IMG/VR virus record: IMGVR_UViG_3300008108_005860
Strand: one strand, 5' to 3'
DNA from: an uncultured virus (IMG/VR IMGVR_UViG_3300008108_005860)
Lineage: Duplodnaviria > Heunggongvirae > Uroviricota > Caudoviricetes
DNA: 64,000 nt
Below, piece after piece: positions 51,101 through 56,970 of this stretch. Both the position numbers and the translations under genes were made by a program. Under the pieces are notes generated by a model that made no database searches, was not told where the DNA came from, and saw only the letters and a list, made by a program, of their open reading frames with translations. Within the stretch, counting starts at the first letter, position 1. Each line of letters starts with the position of its first letter.

Positions 51101-51297
51101 TAGTCTCTGCGTGTTTTGTCTGGTTCAACGATGTAACGATCTTCGGTGGTCACACCTGGACCAAACTTCTGTCCTATAAAACCCTGCGCACGCTCATAGC
51201 GCGGCTCTTGTACCAATTGATCCAAGGTGGCGTGTAGCACCTGTTTGTTGGTGGGTGTGCGGAATATTTCAGGTAAAAAATCTACTGTGCGTGCCAT
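33196..51297 (-). CDS. giant 6033-aa virion (baseplate/tail-associated) protein
   Basis: uninterrupted 18.1-kb ORF next to the baseplate wedge gene; FG-GAP-like, BNR-like propeller, CBM-like and GxGY repeats. Confidence 0.85.
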   Translation of the reverse strand: MARTVDFLPEIFRTPTNKQVLHATLDQLVQEPRYERAQGFIGQKFGPGVTTEDRYIVEPDKTRRDYQLEPATIFLEDGSRRVIDALTYPGYLDALKKINGPITRPDELFEQEYYAVDFFIDWDKSVNYNQYYWQFQGPETVRLTAPATLQSFNVEQQIVGKQTYTTDNVRLVSPATWNKTISFSNGMRIQFVGNITPAFYRNRDFYVEGVGTAGGIKLLPVDDFVIPEIYNYPATVQREPIPWDVYPWDTTLWDGARLVPGSDIDYVTINRASRDLNPWTRSNRWFHVDVLTYSAEINGTVAVIDDNFRGKRPILEFRPDIKLIRFGTQGLEPISLIDYSVTNAFTQVAGQPSFTIDGIELFAGMKVIFAADENPEVARQVYLVQQITPVPGGQSLLYLEAIEGQVAAEGSVTVCTLGESQQGYSFYYSNGEWSTIQQTQQKTHPNQAPLFDVFDQDGTSFSNATVYPDTNFVGSPLFSYAVGTGVADAVLKFPLQYSGVNNVGDILFFFNFYRDSFTYLNNLTVDLVGLRTGFVHQYTDRVNYDRLIGYQTASLTPNTTNVPLLSQQPQIFEFDYTEGSIKIDVAVLEQDQYPSITNIVRISVNDVLQDPGTYTYRILDGSNLEVYPNAQSGAGTGVQTEITFAVDPEPTSLVVVAALSAQTSSTGYFSVPTNLTVNALNQDVTECTLGTLRDHYIGICQNIQGFEGQVLAANNSRDLGNLVPYGIDLIQHSAALAIPAVFLREQDYSISSALYYSAVEYQRYKDLVLDYVWKNEFINETTAEILDSAIDALKSNRSSDNPFYWSDCITAGIFESTTYTWYEESSTSFDLIYTYNYSEANYQGLNVYVNDVILCRDRDYVVDTVTNTVTLVPSVLADEDIVVIREYQQTYGNFVPATPSSLRLFPAYFPEIYVDTTYTTPTTVIRGHDGSITPAFGDYRDQVLLEFETRIYSNIKGTADYPLDYNEFLPGAFRGVTADNINSQTILNNEFVRWLGSNRVDYKQQDFLVTNEKTWNYSQTGAKITYPQGLDAGDAIPMPGYWRQIYWLFYDTDEPQNFPWQMLGFSNKPLWWDAEYGPAPYTSGNLYMWEDIAAGRIREPGNDRIDTVYARPGLLDILPVDAQGNLLLPFTTIVADYNPATYQANWSIGGGSPAETAWRKSSAWPFAIQRLLFLLKPAQYLNYYIDRDQYKFNTEFDQWLYNGRQRLTSNDLQIYGEGTAVNSYVNFIIDYNKSYGLPGTANLEARINNLDIRLAYRVAGFTDKRYLQLLSDRTSPATYNRSLLIPDENYNILLYRNEVFDSINYSAVTIERTESGWAVYGNSIANPYFQILPSIINNNYTTLNIGNTTIRMQKDFSDTVVLIPYGYIFRSVNAVVDFLLSYGKFLNTSGFAYNTLENTVLLNWEQMAQEFVYWYNQGWAVGALIQLNPSSAKLEFYKQNAVVVNLLESKREDILVNQNKQALRLRDYSVYRDGNLFELTALNENTVGYVNLKLTNYEHIIIVDNVTDFDDIIYQPLTGLRQGRLIYQGIKSAEWDGTMDAPGFIINLPSVTEWDSGLKYAKGQVVKFKNFYYQANVTVDPADTFDYNLWNKIVYRPDQEGMLPNLALKAIQSTQFYDQHADNLDADSELLGFGLTGFRPREYMASIELDTVSQMNAYQDFIGTKGTPRSLYFYDQAVVNGDDLSYDVYENWAIQRATYGATATNAFVDFTLDATKLTGNPSTSQFVVLGESTEADQATLITDLYAVSQPVNTTQILPQLQQTYPDKFLPTAGYVDSRDVEIQLFSIDDLNSLSAELDKVTNLAEVWVAKINQSDWDVYKCQNLVNTLVLAQDNLDGQTLLIFSGNHGLTADQTIIIKEFNVDLQGAFRVNSVPSTSTVLIDSQLPDGVTTLVGEGVVFELSSVHVAQPSDIADLPILFDLTKTNKVWVDNNGSGRWQTLEKQTPYTDIKDYEYAGTELFGSAVCQTSDNANILIGAPGSYTTGVVIPYYLDGNVYTAESPVAVPSVWTNYSDFGRVGDASGNIWAAFSVGLGTVPGFNTDFRVVIMQKTDRGFEPRQLLPGGSTGVDGKFSGDIKFSQDAYWLYVSNPVDKKVQAYQRNRFQEQATEFTCDGVQFIFPTDNKVLVDRGSQWSVTLNSTVQAYNQDYTANATRISFRVPPAAPVIQAVDSITSGSTVFTVTSINGLAAGQQVSGMGIAVGSKVVSIDTTNNAVTIDRAITLTGTNVDITFTNMIYVSRWGTDPDSAYWGFGANPLKPNGITRSFPIDMLAGATPDPESVGVYYNGELMRFNNSPAVDGDYIYDYVNRQIVFNFTPPATSSQAVTYLAQDYFTAVTDVVNHAGLSFGISCATDNDGSVLAVGDADANTSNIDIDADGVAYVYDRGTVSHMVSNVSTRLYSTPSPILGQPQVYLNGQLLYPDTGMTIGSYVYEPVSGTDYTGNTAVRFNEGVIDSVGDIVDISYNKLSTIQIVTNPQSNASGSEFGTAVSFNSSGSAILVGAPNGNTSVLGAGFAARIENQTAIYGSITGTTVNPVVTAGSSLRLDNYYVEFDAANITSVSLSNVCSITTSSPHGFYNGETVVINGLNGGVLNLNNKPYYVRVTGSTTFNIFDYGTISNVTASSKVVVTSNVAANIDLGLAIQVFNPVEISQVQGIANVNNTTANPYWLARKANGNSTTQMELFRGVGIFDILSATEGNVAQTLVLTSTNPNITRGTAVVLESNSAAINNTVVYAGNIGVYNHGSGSTYNSFVLYTDPALIFPVSPIGNTGPGGTVGIFIDGTGWGNYASGGQVLRYIDTTGLTPAYNASTSQGTAFDGSLDGVVNVINNQGISNLQAANAAGKLQLSVINANAAIPNELLSVLPGTETTYTSGAMYQLGLSPYYGAGAQIIGGSYPAYGSRFGFRIDQDWITNQTVISSEFGTAAAETTFDLDTTTFDGRTTRFDDLYAKSGSVDVYDLLVSANASKDNPSKLVWDQQLVDYLVRAGQNFGYAVSILGDNIIVGSPGYQVDNVMQGRTLVFSGRRTGWKNLRQQPNEVDIHLLNEVTIFNKQSKITLNYLDFIDPIQGRILGAAQQNIDLISATDPAGYNVGDINNFGVNWGESQYGYIWWDINSVRFLEYHLQDINQAAKIWGSTFPGSSIDIYQWIESDVPPADYTGPGTPRSLTSYSAYQIITDTNSVATKYYFWVSGLEGVPPYTNKTLSCAAIAQYIFNPRSSGISYLAPINPSTVAIYNSGNDFVAQENVLHISYDTVPQDNNIHVEYDLIQQDNPRQFMDDTTYAKFVDSLSGIDALGNTVPDPNLPPGMLYGINFNPRQSMFRDRFLALKNYITTANEILLTFPFVEDSNMELLDSKELAPEYGQTDANGQLWWNVQVANLTELGYQNLSLVPVGYRYLVDLDNRYNNFWTIHQVSLDSTGTPTTTVIRVQTYNTPAYWSYVNWYAEGFDPLQRPLFTVDYLSQAELIPLPDNGVVRVTRNNPIGFELYQNKVIDSYRDPVTLEWVTVTEFTRVGLENGTIQISNEIYDYSQLRDPELDPKLETRYIVDSINFEILTGSRLILRNQLMSLMFNFILGEQIDCNWLYKTSLIDITHPVRKLLPYRTFKRDNKDFVYGYIEEVKPYHVFIKDFSLVYATVADVYPGDITDFDVPATYNAADGIYISPILENDPDYVNYDKYGIYGVGPYAQFEGYITASGGSGVTVLTVTEMLKGSIYIGANLVGSIISPRTQVVSFIGYNSLGQSTYSITGQYETTTAVGTIEINPIWATLPYRNWYNNYGLYLVDIMVTNPGSGYTVPPAVTINGTTADSARATAILNGNGSISNILINYLGGRYLSQPTITIAAPDQDSGTQATAYPVTSSGPVRSFDTSLIYNRMNLRPSFTEWIPGFVYREGELTKFSGVVYRSRFDYNQNTQFDFNHWTTVPPGDLEGVDRTYGYYTGAPGQPGLILDQLITGLTYPGVITDRRYLGTWDTGPWSTDPFESDSGRLQTIINGGAYPLDSSTGIIPALNAWDVNVYGGAYVDTYSSHAPEELVPGAVFDTLDLTVYTIPGQDNTGAGFSSPLNGRIVAGDGVTDTYSFQLLIKFPEQVLVFKKSGTGEKLRLQESVDYVIDWQLQNIELTTAPTVNEQIMIIAVGLGGGNQILRSSEVYVDGVGANGNIDVPVQYTQVWSLPVFVNGQALTQGTDYTIAAYRPEEPLPDDNDIYPITRINFANAVAANSRVDYTVIGERYQSTNYSYSLPVVEYYTGSSSANVFAVTNSLTGTNPIAAIVELEGSRLRGPHCVEYTADGTQTTFAAGWQRDVAPNAIVSDDVIVYLDNEAVTTSIWTSGYQEITDTYDIVFGDAPAAGTRIVIAVWAAAEYFFDVGGSNLHIYSSALPAASSNIGLTTWQETAEQNFLNTVSLGQTIIPVTPELSISTNGRWAAGNNFITVGTDTAGIWNSQGLWFDYAAYGSGIDIGNLNPYPNGTSNSANTAIPSEMLSYGNVLIVLDGQYINVGDLVSGAGIPYGTAVEQVREFKNRDLQTNWAVAVDRALPGNGQIWTRQYSNITAPYLNNTLYGLSTGPNILALGDNNNILMSNNASQWTNIDPVALLPLRSVAYGNIGGTGYYIAVGLESNILRSSDGVNWTQEGFALPLNTYAFRAVAYGAGKFVIVGDSGVIFASADALNWTQETSGTVENLSSVSYDGAEFIAAGENAMMLASSDGSVWVRRFFGYVSATTVVNPGNSYVAPPTVQFQGPFNGTGITTLGFPAIEGGVGRIDIANTGVLYGRPPNVVISQSNITTFSGNVPSGATANAYLTLTGPVTYIGLVNGGTGYNTAPIIGFTDSIGGTGANAVATLNANGNITSITLLSGGTGYSTVFNDIQVTITPVGNDVPSISATAIAAVTGNLNLLQMTSYGVNYSSYDLTSAANNSPTVSFTPYTVAGYSNSLTTGNVYQSYIVLDSIAELQIGMNIEFTDNSNNQVYIGNVTTIYTGNSSIGVFPPLYYQVDPFTTFAARDNGRNAAAVFGEYYDAGVTGIIITERGSGYEFAPNVSVSYPPTAGGAVAEVTASIVDITTENLNDVNYIGNYWLAVGDQSTTIYSDDNITWFEGNVAPNAAVTLNTVFGSSIGNANVFLAGGLGGNLYLSNDVAQGWQQITSGTTANIAQGAYASGNYAYVAAGGVIAYSTSGANGSWQQAATSDGTTQDIWGVIASGNTVGDWCAVGSRSTILRTSNVATWQAYNQEWPLNDSEYGYQSSRDTYVLVGDNGTIYRSIGSSSDFVRVDATTDENIESVTFGLGKFVAVGSNGKSLVSTDANTWTVYDIGSTATFRDITYTGANSGPMAFIAVGDSGQAYKSADGQVWSRMLVPTSSNLRCVNVAVTGSTVKTVIGGENGALVVSVDSFGNSFVLISESGSESFIQSNANNRTFTTTTSTLLATDTQEISVLLNGNALTRGVDYAVTAINPNVTILMTSNVSVNSNVTIVTDMINWNSVAYGANKFVLVGQNGTVWNGYDNASTWTEMQPLTSANITSVAYDQTTSQFVSVGESAGSQQIGTQSYIATTFTAEYYPLSFVPDFTRIVPGMLVTGNYLRTNTLVTGTDYAQRQVYIDTTQYSSRSNITVTFTPTQIENVYPVQDPVTNGYRPWTTLNGNRLFFNEDYVAEGSAVRIVANGLPDTDVVQILDSSQNSVPDELDFKVWKDMNDNTAVYRMTELNVTETTVRVQFTDDIIYLEDASKLSLPQLSLNQIGVAFVGSERLAYRYIDYSNNTISGLIRGIGGTAAQDHEVGSTVVDAATPNIIPIAYRDRITAEQFTGDGNTRTFATATIMADIQQEVRLAVAGTEIAMRMASITADGVVNTFTATDSNVSGSDIGNIAVDRYDQVMVAINGALLPTPNANVFFGDNYTNVFIANNVSVSNVANVIVVINNQVVIPTGISLSNSHPNVVIDPPPNGNSWVHISDTYAVIDTDPVQVAFAQTPAANAIITIAADYYSVGVMPAVVTLAEAPANGVTVVVGIDSSKNWYNATGDGIRLQHQPTVAGRFLQGDV

Positions 51298-51299
51298 GC

Positions 51300-54200
51300 T
51301 TAGTAACTAACCGTGGTTTGAATACGTAACTCAGATGGTGTCAGTGCTGCGATAATCTCCACGTCATTGACTGTGGTGGCATTGACAAATATCTCTGTGG
51401 GGGCAGAACGTATTTCATACAAATTACCAAAGGCCTTGTTGGGATCCTGTGGTACCAATACCACAGACGAAATCAGCGTGCCCAGGGTATCGTGTAAATA
51501 GGCCGACAACTCAGAAGCATAAAAAGTTTGACCAAAGTTCCAGTTGTCTATGTCAAAATAGGTATTGAGGCTGGCCACCACAGCAGACTTGACTTCTTGA
51601 TCTGATGCAGTGGTGTTGGAATTTTTCACCACTTTGAACAGAGCTCTGAGTTCAGGATCGGCCTTGGCGCCAAACAAAGGTTTAAAGGTCACAGAATTCA
51701 ACACTATGTTGTCACTGAGCATTTTGTATTCATTGAGTCCTTGATATGCCTGTCCTAATTCACTCATGGTAGGCACAGCGGGTTTAGGCACAGTGTTGGT
51801 AGTGTCTGTGATCCAGTTGCGATATTCATTGTAGTAACTGTTTGTGACCACATAGATATCAATGATATTGCTGGTACCGGGATCTATCCTGCGTGTGTTG
51901 GGACTGTTATGCCGATACTGGAAATACAAGCCCGCACGCCCAACTTTGTATTGGAAATCACTTCTGGCAGTAAGGCTGCGTCCACCATAGACATCTACTT
52001 TCAATTCCCAAAAAGTCTTGTCTTGATAGGCAAAAAATAACTGTCCAGCCGGATATGCTGCCATCTGTGCTTCAATGGCTTCTTTGGTTGCATACACCTT
52101 GTTCATTACATATTCGGGTATCAAGAGATATCTTTCTAGATCATCAAAATCTAGTGTTCTCTGCAGGAAAACATATTTGCTGTCGGGATCCACATCAGGT
52201 GCTACCACTATATTAAACACGTCAGGATCATCCGCAACTGTGTCTTGATCATAGTCGCCAAATGATACTTCTACGCCAAAGTCGTTGACGTAGCCATCGC
52301 TTTCGGTCTGCTGACCAATGATATCTAATATCACATCTTCTAATAGACTGGCACTGTACGGTGGTGTGGCGTTGGCATCGGGATTGCTGCGTAGCACACT
52401 GATGTAGTCATTGACTATGCTGCCTTTTTTGACATCAAATATACGTCCTGCAGAATCAAAAAAGAATCTACACTGGCTCACCGATCCAAAGATATATGTG
52501 AGATTGCGATAAGTCACAGTATAGTTGACACCGTCGGTGATGAATTGAAACATCCAAGCAGCGTCGCTGTTGGTATTGCTGAGATCTTTTGCTGTGGATA
52601 TGTTAAAGGCAGCATCTACGTCAAGATTGGTGTTGCTGATAAAATACCATTCGCCAGCAACATTGTCATAGCCTAGACCAAAGTTTCTATAGATCAGAAT
52701 ATTTTGCACCATGAGATTGGTCAATTCAGTGCCGAACGTGTTGACAAACACAGGAATAACTTGAGTAGGTATAGCGCCCTGTGGTACGAAATTGTTGAGG
52801 CTCACTGGACCTGTACCGTCACTGTTGTCGCCGCGACCTTGGTTGCTGCCGTCGCGGATCACACGAGTAATAGTAGCCCAGATCACTGTGTGATCGCCCT
52901 GTTGTACAGGTGTGCGTGTTTGCAGTCTATTGGTAGCGTCAAAACAACTGCCCAAGGGTGCTTCAAATTTTACCAATGCGCTTTGTTTGATATATGCTAG
53001 ATTGCCACTGGCGCCTGCGCCAATGGCCACAGGATATTGCTGTCCACCTGCTGCAGGAATGTTGGCAAACCAACCAGTACAGGTATTGGTAGTGGCTGAA
53101 GTCTGATGCCAGAACAAGTAGGGCACAGCAGGCTCAGGCAAACCGCTTTGTCCATAAGGATTGATCACGCTGTTCAATGCTGGTCGTGGAAAATTCTCAT
53201 AATAGAACTGCAGCATCTCTTTGGTGCGTGTTATAGGTTGTACTCCGTTGATGATCACTGAATTGATATCTGACACATCTAAAAAGTCAAAAGCAAAGTC
53301 CGGAGTCTGTTCTTCTTCATACAGCACGCCATCGTCGGCAAATATATTAGTTGAAGAATATTTGCCAGTGATGTCCAGGAAATCTAAATTACGAGCAGCG
53401 CCTATCACACTGCGCACAATAGATTTGGATTTGATGATTGAATTATATTGGCTATAGGGAAACTGATTGTAGTCCTCACCGTTGACCATGCGATTCTGTG
53501 TGTAAAATCTCGACGGAGCACGCTGCTTGATTTCAGTGATGCCTTCTCTGGCCTGGCTGTTGGTAATATTCTGCTGTAGATTCAGAGTGTATGTTATGGT
53601 CTGTATTTTGTTGTTGCGGTCAACATACCCCAGCTGCAGTACCACTGACTGCATTTCTTCAGGATTGATGGTATAGGTTAGGCCATTGCTTTGGCGAACA
53701 TATGTGCGGAATGTGCCCACAGGTGCTTCGGCAAAAGTGTTATCTCCAAAGTTAAACTGTATTTGATCATTGGATCTGCTGGTAATTGAATAAATGGTAC
53801 GCAGACTGCGCTCGGAACTGCCCAATTGGCTAGCAGTATAGATACTTTCTTTTGGAGTCCAAAGTCTGGTGATATTGCCCACTTCATCCAGTTGATAAAG
53901 CCATACGTCTTGGTCATTGATACCTTCGATATTGATATTTTGATTGTTGTTGTTGATTTTTTCAGGAAAATTAAAATCCTGATTCAGCAATATACCCTGT
54001 TTGAAATACAAAAACCAGCCAGTGTTGGTAGAACCATAGCCCTGGCGATCGTTGCGATACAGGATATTAAACACTGAATTGGGCCTGGGCGCACGCTCAA
54101 CGATGGCGTCCTGATTTTGAATACTGACCGACACTGATTCAAAAGGCATGGATATGCCATCCACAGTGGCAGTAAACGGAATAACAGGCAGATAGCCTGC

Positions 54201-54776
54201 TTGCATATTCACCGAATATTCTTCAGTCAACACATTTAATATAGTGGCAGTACCGCCGGGTTTGCCCACACGCTGGCTGTTGACCAAGGTAGCATTGATT
54301 ATAGAAGTAAATTGATCATACCAACTTTCGTTGGTCAAATCATTCCAATTGATTGTGACGCCGGCTAGATTATTGCCTTGATAATCATACACATTTTCCG
54401 TGGTGCTCACTGACACCACCTTGAGATAGCCCTGTGCTGGTATATTGCGTTTGGGAGTGTAGTCTACTAGGTTGGCCAATTTAACCACCGAGTCTCTGCG
54501 CTCGGCTGTGTCAATGAAATTTTCTCTTGCATTTAAATCATTGCGGAAGGCCAGAGCCTGACCCATGAATGCCATGACATCCAGCAGTGCGATAAATTCT
54601 GAAGATTCTGTATAATCGTTGAATGTTTCGGGATAGTACAGACGCAGATAATCTACAAAGGTCTTGCGTATGGTTTCAAAGTCATAGCTTTGAAAGTCAG
54701 CCTGGCTGTAGTTTTGATAAAAACGTTTCCAGTCTTCCAACCCAAATACTGCAGTCTGTCTAGTTGTTGTGGCCAT
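51300..54776 (-). CDS. baseplate wedge subunit (T4 gp6-like)
   Basis: DFETIR...ESSEFIALLD...ARENFIDTAERRDSV; FGDN...P; EIKQRAP...QNRMVNGEDY. Confidence 0.82.
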   Translation of the reverse strand: MATTTRQTAVFGLEDWKRFYQNYSQADFQSYDFETIRKTFVDYLRLYYPETFNDYTESSEFIALLDVMAFMGQALAFRNDLNARENFIDTAERRDSVVKLANLVDYTPKRNIPAQGYLKVVSVSTTENVYDYQGNNLAGVTINWNDLTNESWYDQFTSIINATLVNSQRVGKPGGTATILNVLTEEYSVNMQAGYLPVIPFTATVDGISMPFESVSVSIQNQDAIVERAPRPNSVFNILYRNDRQGYGSTNTGWFLYFKQGILLNQDFNFPEKINNNNQNINIEGINDQDVWLYQLDEVGNITRLWTPKESIYTASQLGSSERSLRTIYSITSRSNDQIQFNFGDNTFAEAPVGTFRTYVRQSNGLTYTINPEEMQSVVLQLGYVDRNNKIQTITYTLNLQQNITNSQAREGITEIKQRAPSRFYTQNRMVNGEDYNQFPYSQYNSIIKSKSIVRSVIGAARNLDFLDITGKYSSTNIFADDGVLYEEEQTPDFAFDFLDVSDINSVIINGVQPITRTKEMLQFYYENFPRPALNSVINPYGQSGLPEPAVPYLFWHQTSATTNTCTGWFANIPAAGGQQYPVAIGAGASGNLAYIKQSALVKFEAPLGSCFDATNRLQTRTPVQQGDHTVIWATITRVIRDGSNQGRGDNSDGTGPVSLNNFVPQGAIPTQVIPVFVNTFGTELTNLMVQNILIYRNFGLGYDNVAGEWYFISNTNLDVDAAFNISTAKDLSNTNSDAAWMFQFITDGVNYTVTYRNLTYIFGSVSQCRFFFDSAGRIFDVKKGSIVNDYISVLRSNPDANATPPYSASLLEDVILDIIGQQTESDGYVNDFGVEVSFGDYDQDTVADDPDVFNIVVAPDVDPDSKYVFLQRTLDFDDLERYLLIPEYVMNKVYATKEAIEAQMAAYPAGQLFFAYQDKTFWELKVDVYGGRSLTARSDFQYKVGRAGLYFQYRHNSPNTRRIDPGTSNIIDIYVVTNSYYNEYRNWITDTTNTVPKPAVPTMSELGQAYQGLNEYKMLSDNIVLNSVTFKPLFGAKADPELRALFKVVKNSNTTASDQEVKSAVVASLNTYFDIDNWNFGQTFYASELSAYLHDTLGTLISSVVLVPQDPNKAFGNLYEIRSAPTEIFVNATTVNDVEIIAALTPSELRIQTTVSY

Positions 54777-54822
54777 AGTTATAGTTGTGTTTTAATATTT
54801 ATCTGACAAAAAAACAGGGGTT

Positions 54823-55197
54823 TTATACCTGCCCAGCCACGCCTGTGTTGCCGTCAAAAAATACCTGCAGCAACTCTACATCAGTGTTGGGAAGGAACTG
54901 TACTTCAATTTCCATGAGCATACCATTGTCAAAAGGAAACACGTTGATGGTCTGCAGGCTCAGTCTAGGGTCTTGTTTGATGATATCTATGCAACTCTGG
55001 CGTATGTTTTGCTGCACGTCCGGGGTCATTTGCTCAAAAATCATGGCCCAGATAGGCGACCCATATTGAGGGCGTCCTGGCAGTTCGCCTTGCTTGATGT
55101 TGAAAGCATTCAACAAATCCCTGATCACCAACTGCTGATCAACCAAGGTAAATTTTTTGTATGCCTGCTGTGTGTTGTATCCGATGAATGTTGCCAT
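54823..55197 (-). CDS. baseplate wedge protein (gp25/GPW-like)
   Basis: DLLNAFNIKQGE...PQYGSPIWAMIFE...DPRL. Confidence 0.85.
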   Translation of the reverse strand: MATFIGYNTQQAYKKFTLVDQQLVIRDLLNAFNIKQGELPGRPQYGSPIWAMIFEQMTPDVQQNIRQSCIDIIKQDPRLSLQTINVFPFDNGMLMEIEVQFLPNTDVELLQVFFDGNTGVAGQV

Positions 55198-55207
55198 GGT
55201 CTAGTAT

Positions 55208-56377
55208 TTAACCGCCCGAATAAGCAGGATTGCTGTATTTTTTAGCATATTCGCTGTCTTCAGCAGGTCTGGGATTGGGCAAGCCGCTGAGGCCGCGTTT
55301 TAATCGCTCATTGTTGATGTCGTCCCAGACCTGCGTGTCAGGTCCTGAATAGGTCAGATCCTCGTCTTTGGTGTTTTTGAATCTAGCAGCATTGATAGAT
55401 GCACCGGCCTGCTGTGCTGCAGATATAGTACCAGGATCAAAACTGGGCAGTCCCGGCGGCAGTGCTGATAAAAATGCACTATCTAATTTTGAACGATCGA
55501 TAGCGCCAATTTTGGTACCAGCAGTGGCCAAGGGATTGGGCGGATTTTGTGCTGCTTCTATGGCAGCCGTGGCTGCTTTTAATTTTGCAGGATCTATGGC
55601 AGGTATGCCGCCTGGCAGTCCTGGTATGGCAGGTATGCTGGGTATGGCTGGTAGCCCACCGGGCAAGGCTACACCTGGTGCTGATATTTTCAGTGCCTGG
55701 CTGAGACTGCTCACAGCACCAGTCAGCTGCTGATTGGCAGCAGCTATCTGTGCGGTGTTGACTCCCACAGTGGCTCCTGCCTGCTGCAGTGAATTTATAG
55801 TGTTGGTAACAGCCGCTGCGGCGTTGGTATTGATAGAGCCAGTCTGCGCCAGAGCAGCGCCAGCACCGGGTATGTAACTGCTCACTGTTTTGGCCGCTGA
55901 TGACACAGCCGAAGTCACGGATGATGTCACAGATCCCACCACATTGGTCAGACTGGACAATCCCGAAGTGGCCGACTTGGCCAAGGATGTGGGATCCACA
56001 CCTGATGCGATTTTATCTGCCACGGCCTTGACATCGCTGGCTATCTTGTCTGCTGTTTGCTTGGCTGCTTTGAAGAAATCAGTGGCAGTGGCCGCAGCTC
56101 CCTGTGCAGAAAAAGTGCTTTCTAAACCAACTTTTGCCTTGCTCAAGGCCGCATCCACGGTCAGTGTGCTGTTGGGCAAGAGGCCTTGCACAGCACTGGT
56201 GGCCTGCTGATTCAATTTCAACAAGTTGGCCCCAGCTGCTGTGAGATTGGTAGCAGCCTGGGTCATGCTAGATAAACCGTTGATGTTGATGCCAGCAGCA
56301 GTGACCGAACTGGCTATGTTCTGCACAGCGCCCACGGTCTGGCCTATGCTGGTAGGTATGGTTACAGGAGCAGCCAT
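55208..56377 (-). CDS. Ala/Ser/Thr-rich hypothetical virion protein
   Basis: low-complexity helical ORF within the baseplate module. Confidence 0.7.
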   Translation of the reverse strand: MAAPVTIPTSIGQTVGAVQNIASSVTAAGININGLSSMTQAATNLTAAGANLLKLNQQATSAVQGLLPNSTLTVDAALSKAKVGLESTFSAQGAAATATDFFKAAKQTADKIASDVKAVADKIASGVDPTSLAKSATSGLSSLTNVVGSVTSSVTSAVSSAAKTVSSYIPGAGAALAQTGSINTNAAAAVTNTINSLQQAGATVGVNTAQIAAANQQLTGAVSSLSQALKISAPGVALPGGLPAIPSIPAIPGLPGGIPAIDPAKLKAATAAIEAAQNPPNPLATAGTKIGAIDRSKLDSAFLSALPPGLPSFDPGTISAAQQAGASINAARFKNTKDEDLTYSGPDTQVWDDINNERLKRGLSGLPNPRPAEDSEYAKKYSNPAYSGG

Positions 56378-56970
56378 TACAGTTGATTTCCTAAAAATTG
56401 AACCACTGCGGCAAAACCATAGATGCTGGTCAGCCCCACGGTCATGGCCAAGACTTCGATGTCTTCGGTGCCGTTGATTATATTGCCACTGATCAAAGCG
56501 TTATAACTCAAAATATAACTGTCTTGTTGTAGAATATATTGTAAAGTTGGTCTGGACAAAATATCCTCGATGCTGTTCACATTGTATTGTCCGGTCCAGG
56601 CGGTGCGTAAGTTAAGCGCGTCATACACCTGGGATTCATTGAAATTCAAACTGGGTGGAACCAGTCCCACACTGTCTAGATTGGTATTGCCTGTGACGAA
56701 TTGATCAAACAACTGTGGTTTGATCAGGCCAAGATCGTAGATCTGCAGCAGATTCAATCCCAGGATGCCTATGCCACGATCCGTGCTCCAGGCAGCAGAA
56801 GGTTGTTCTACTGTTCTGATTCTTTGTGCCATCATTATTTGTTGTACCGCAGGTGTCAATGTGCCCAACAGCCTTGGCGGCAATGGCACATCTGACACAT
56901 CCACAGTCTGTACTATGACTGTTTTGACGCCAAGATTTAATTGAGCTGCCAATTCAGTGAGATTATTCAC
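56377..56970 (-). CDS. hypothetical baseplate-associated protein
   Basis: coupled to neighbours on both sides; GLIKP...WTGQYNVNSIEDIL. Confidence 0.7.
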   Translation of the reverse strand: MNNLTELAAQLNLGVKTVIVQTVDVSDVPLPPRLLGTLTPAVQQIMMAQRIRTVEQPSAAWSTDRGIGILGLNLLQIYDLGLIKPQLFDQFVTGNTNLDSVGLVPPSLNFNESQVYDALNLRTAWTGQYNVNSIEDILSRPTLQYILQQDSYILSYNALISGNIINGTEDIEVLAMTVGLTSIYGFAAVVQFLGNQL

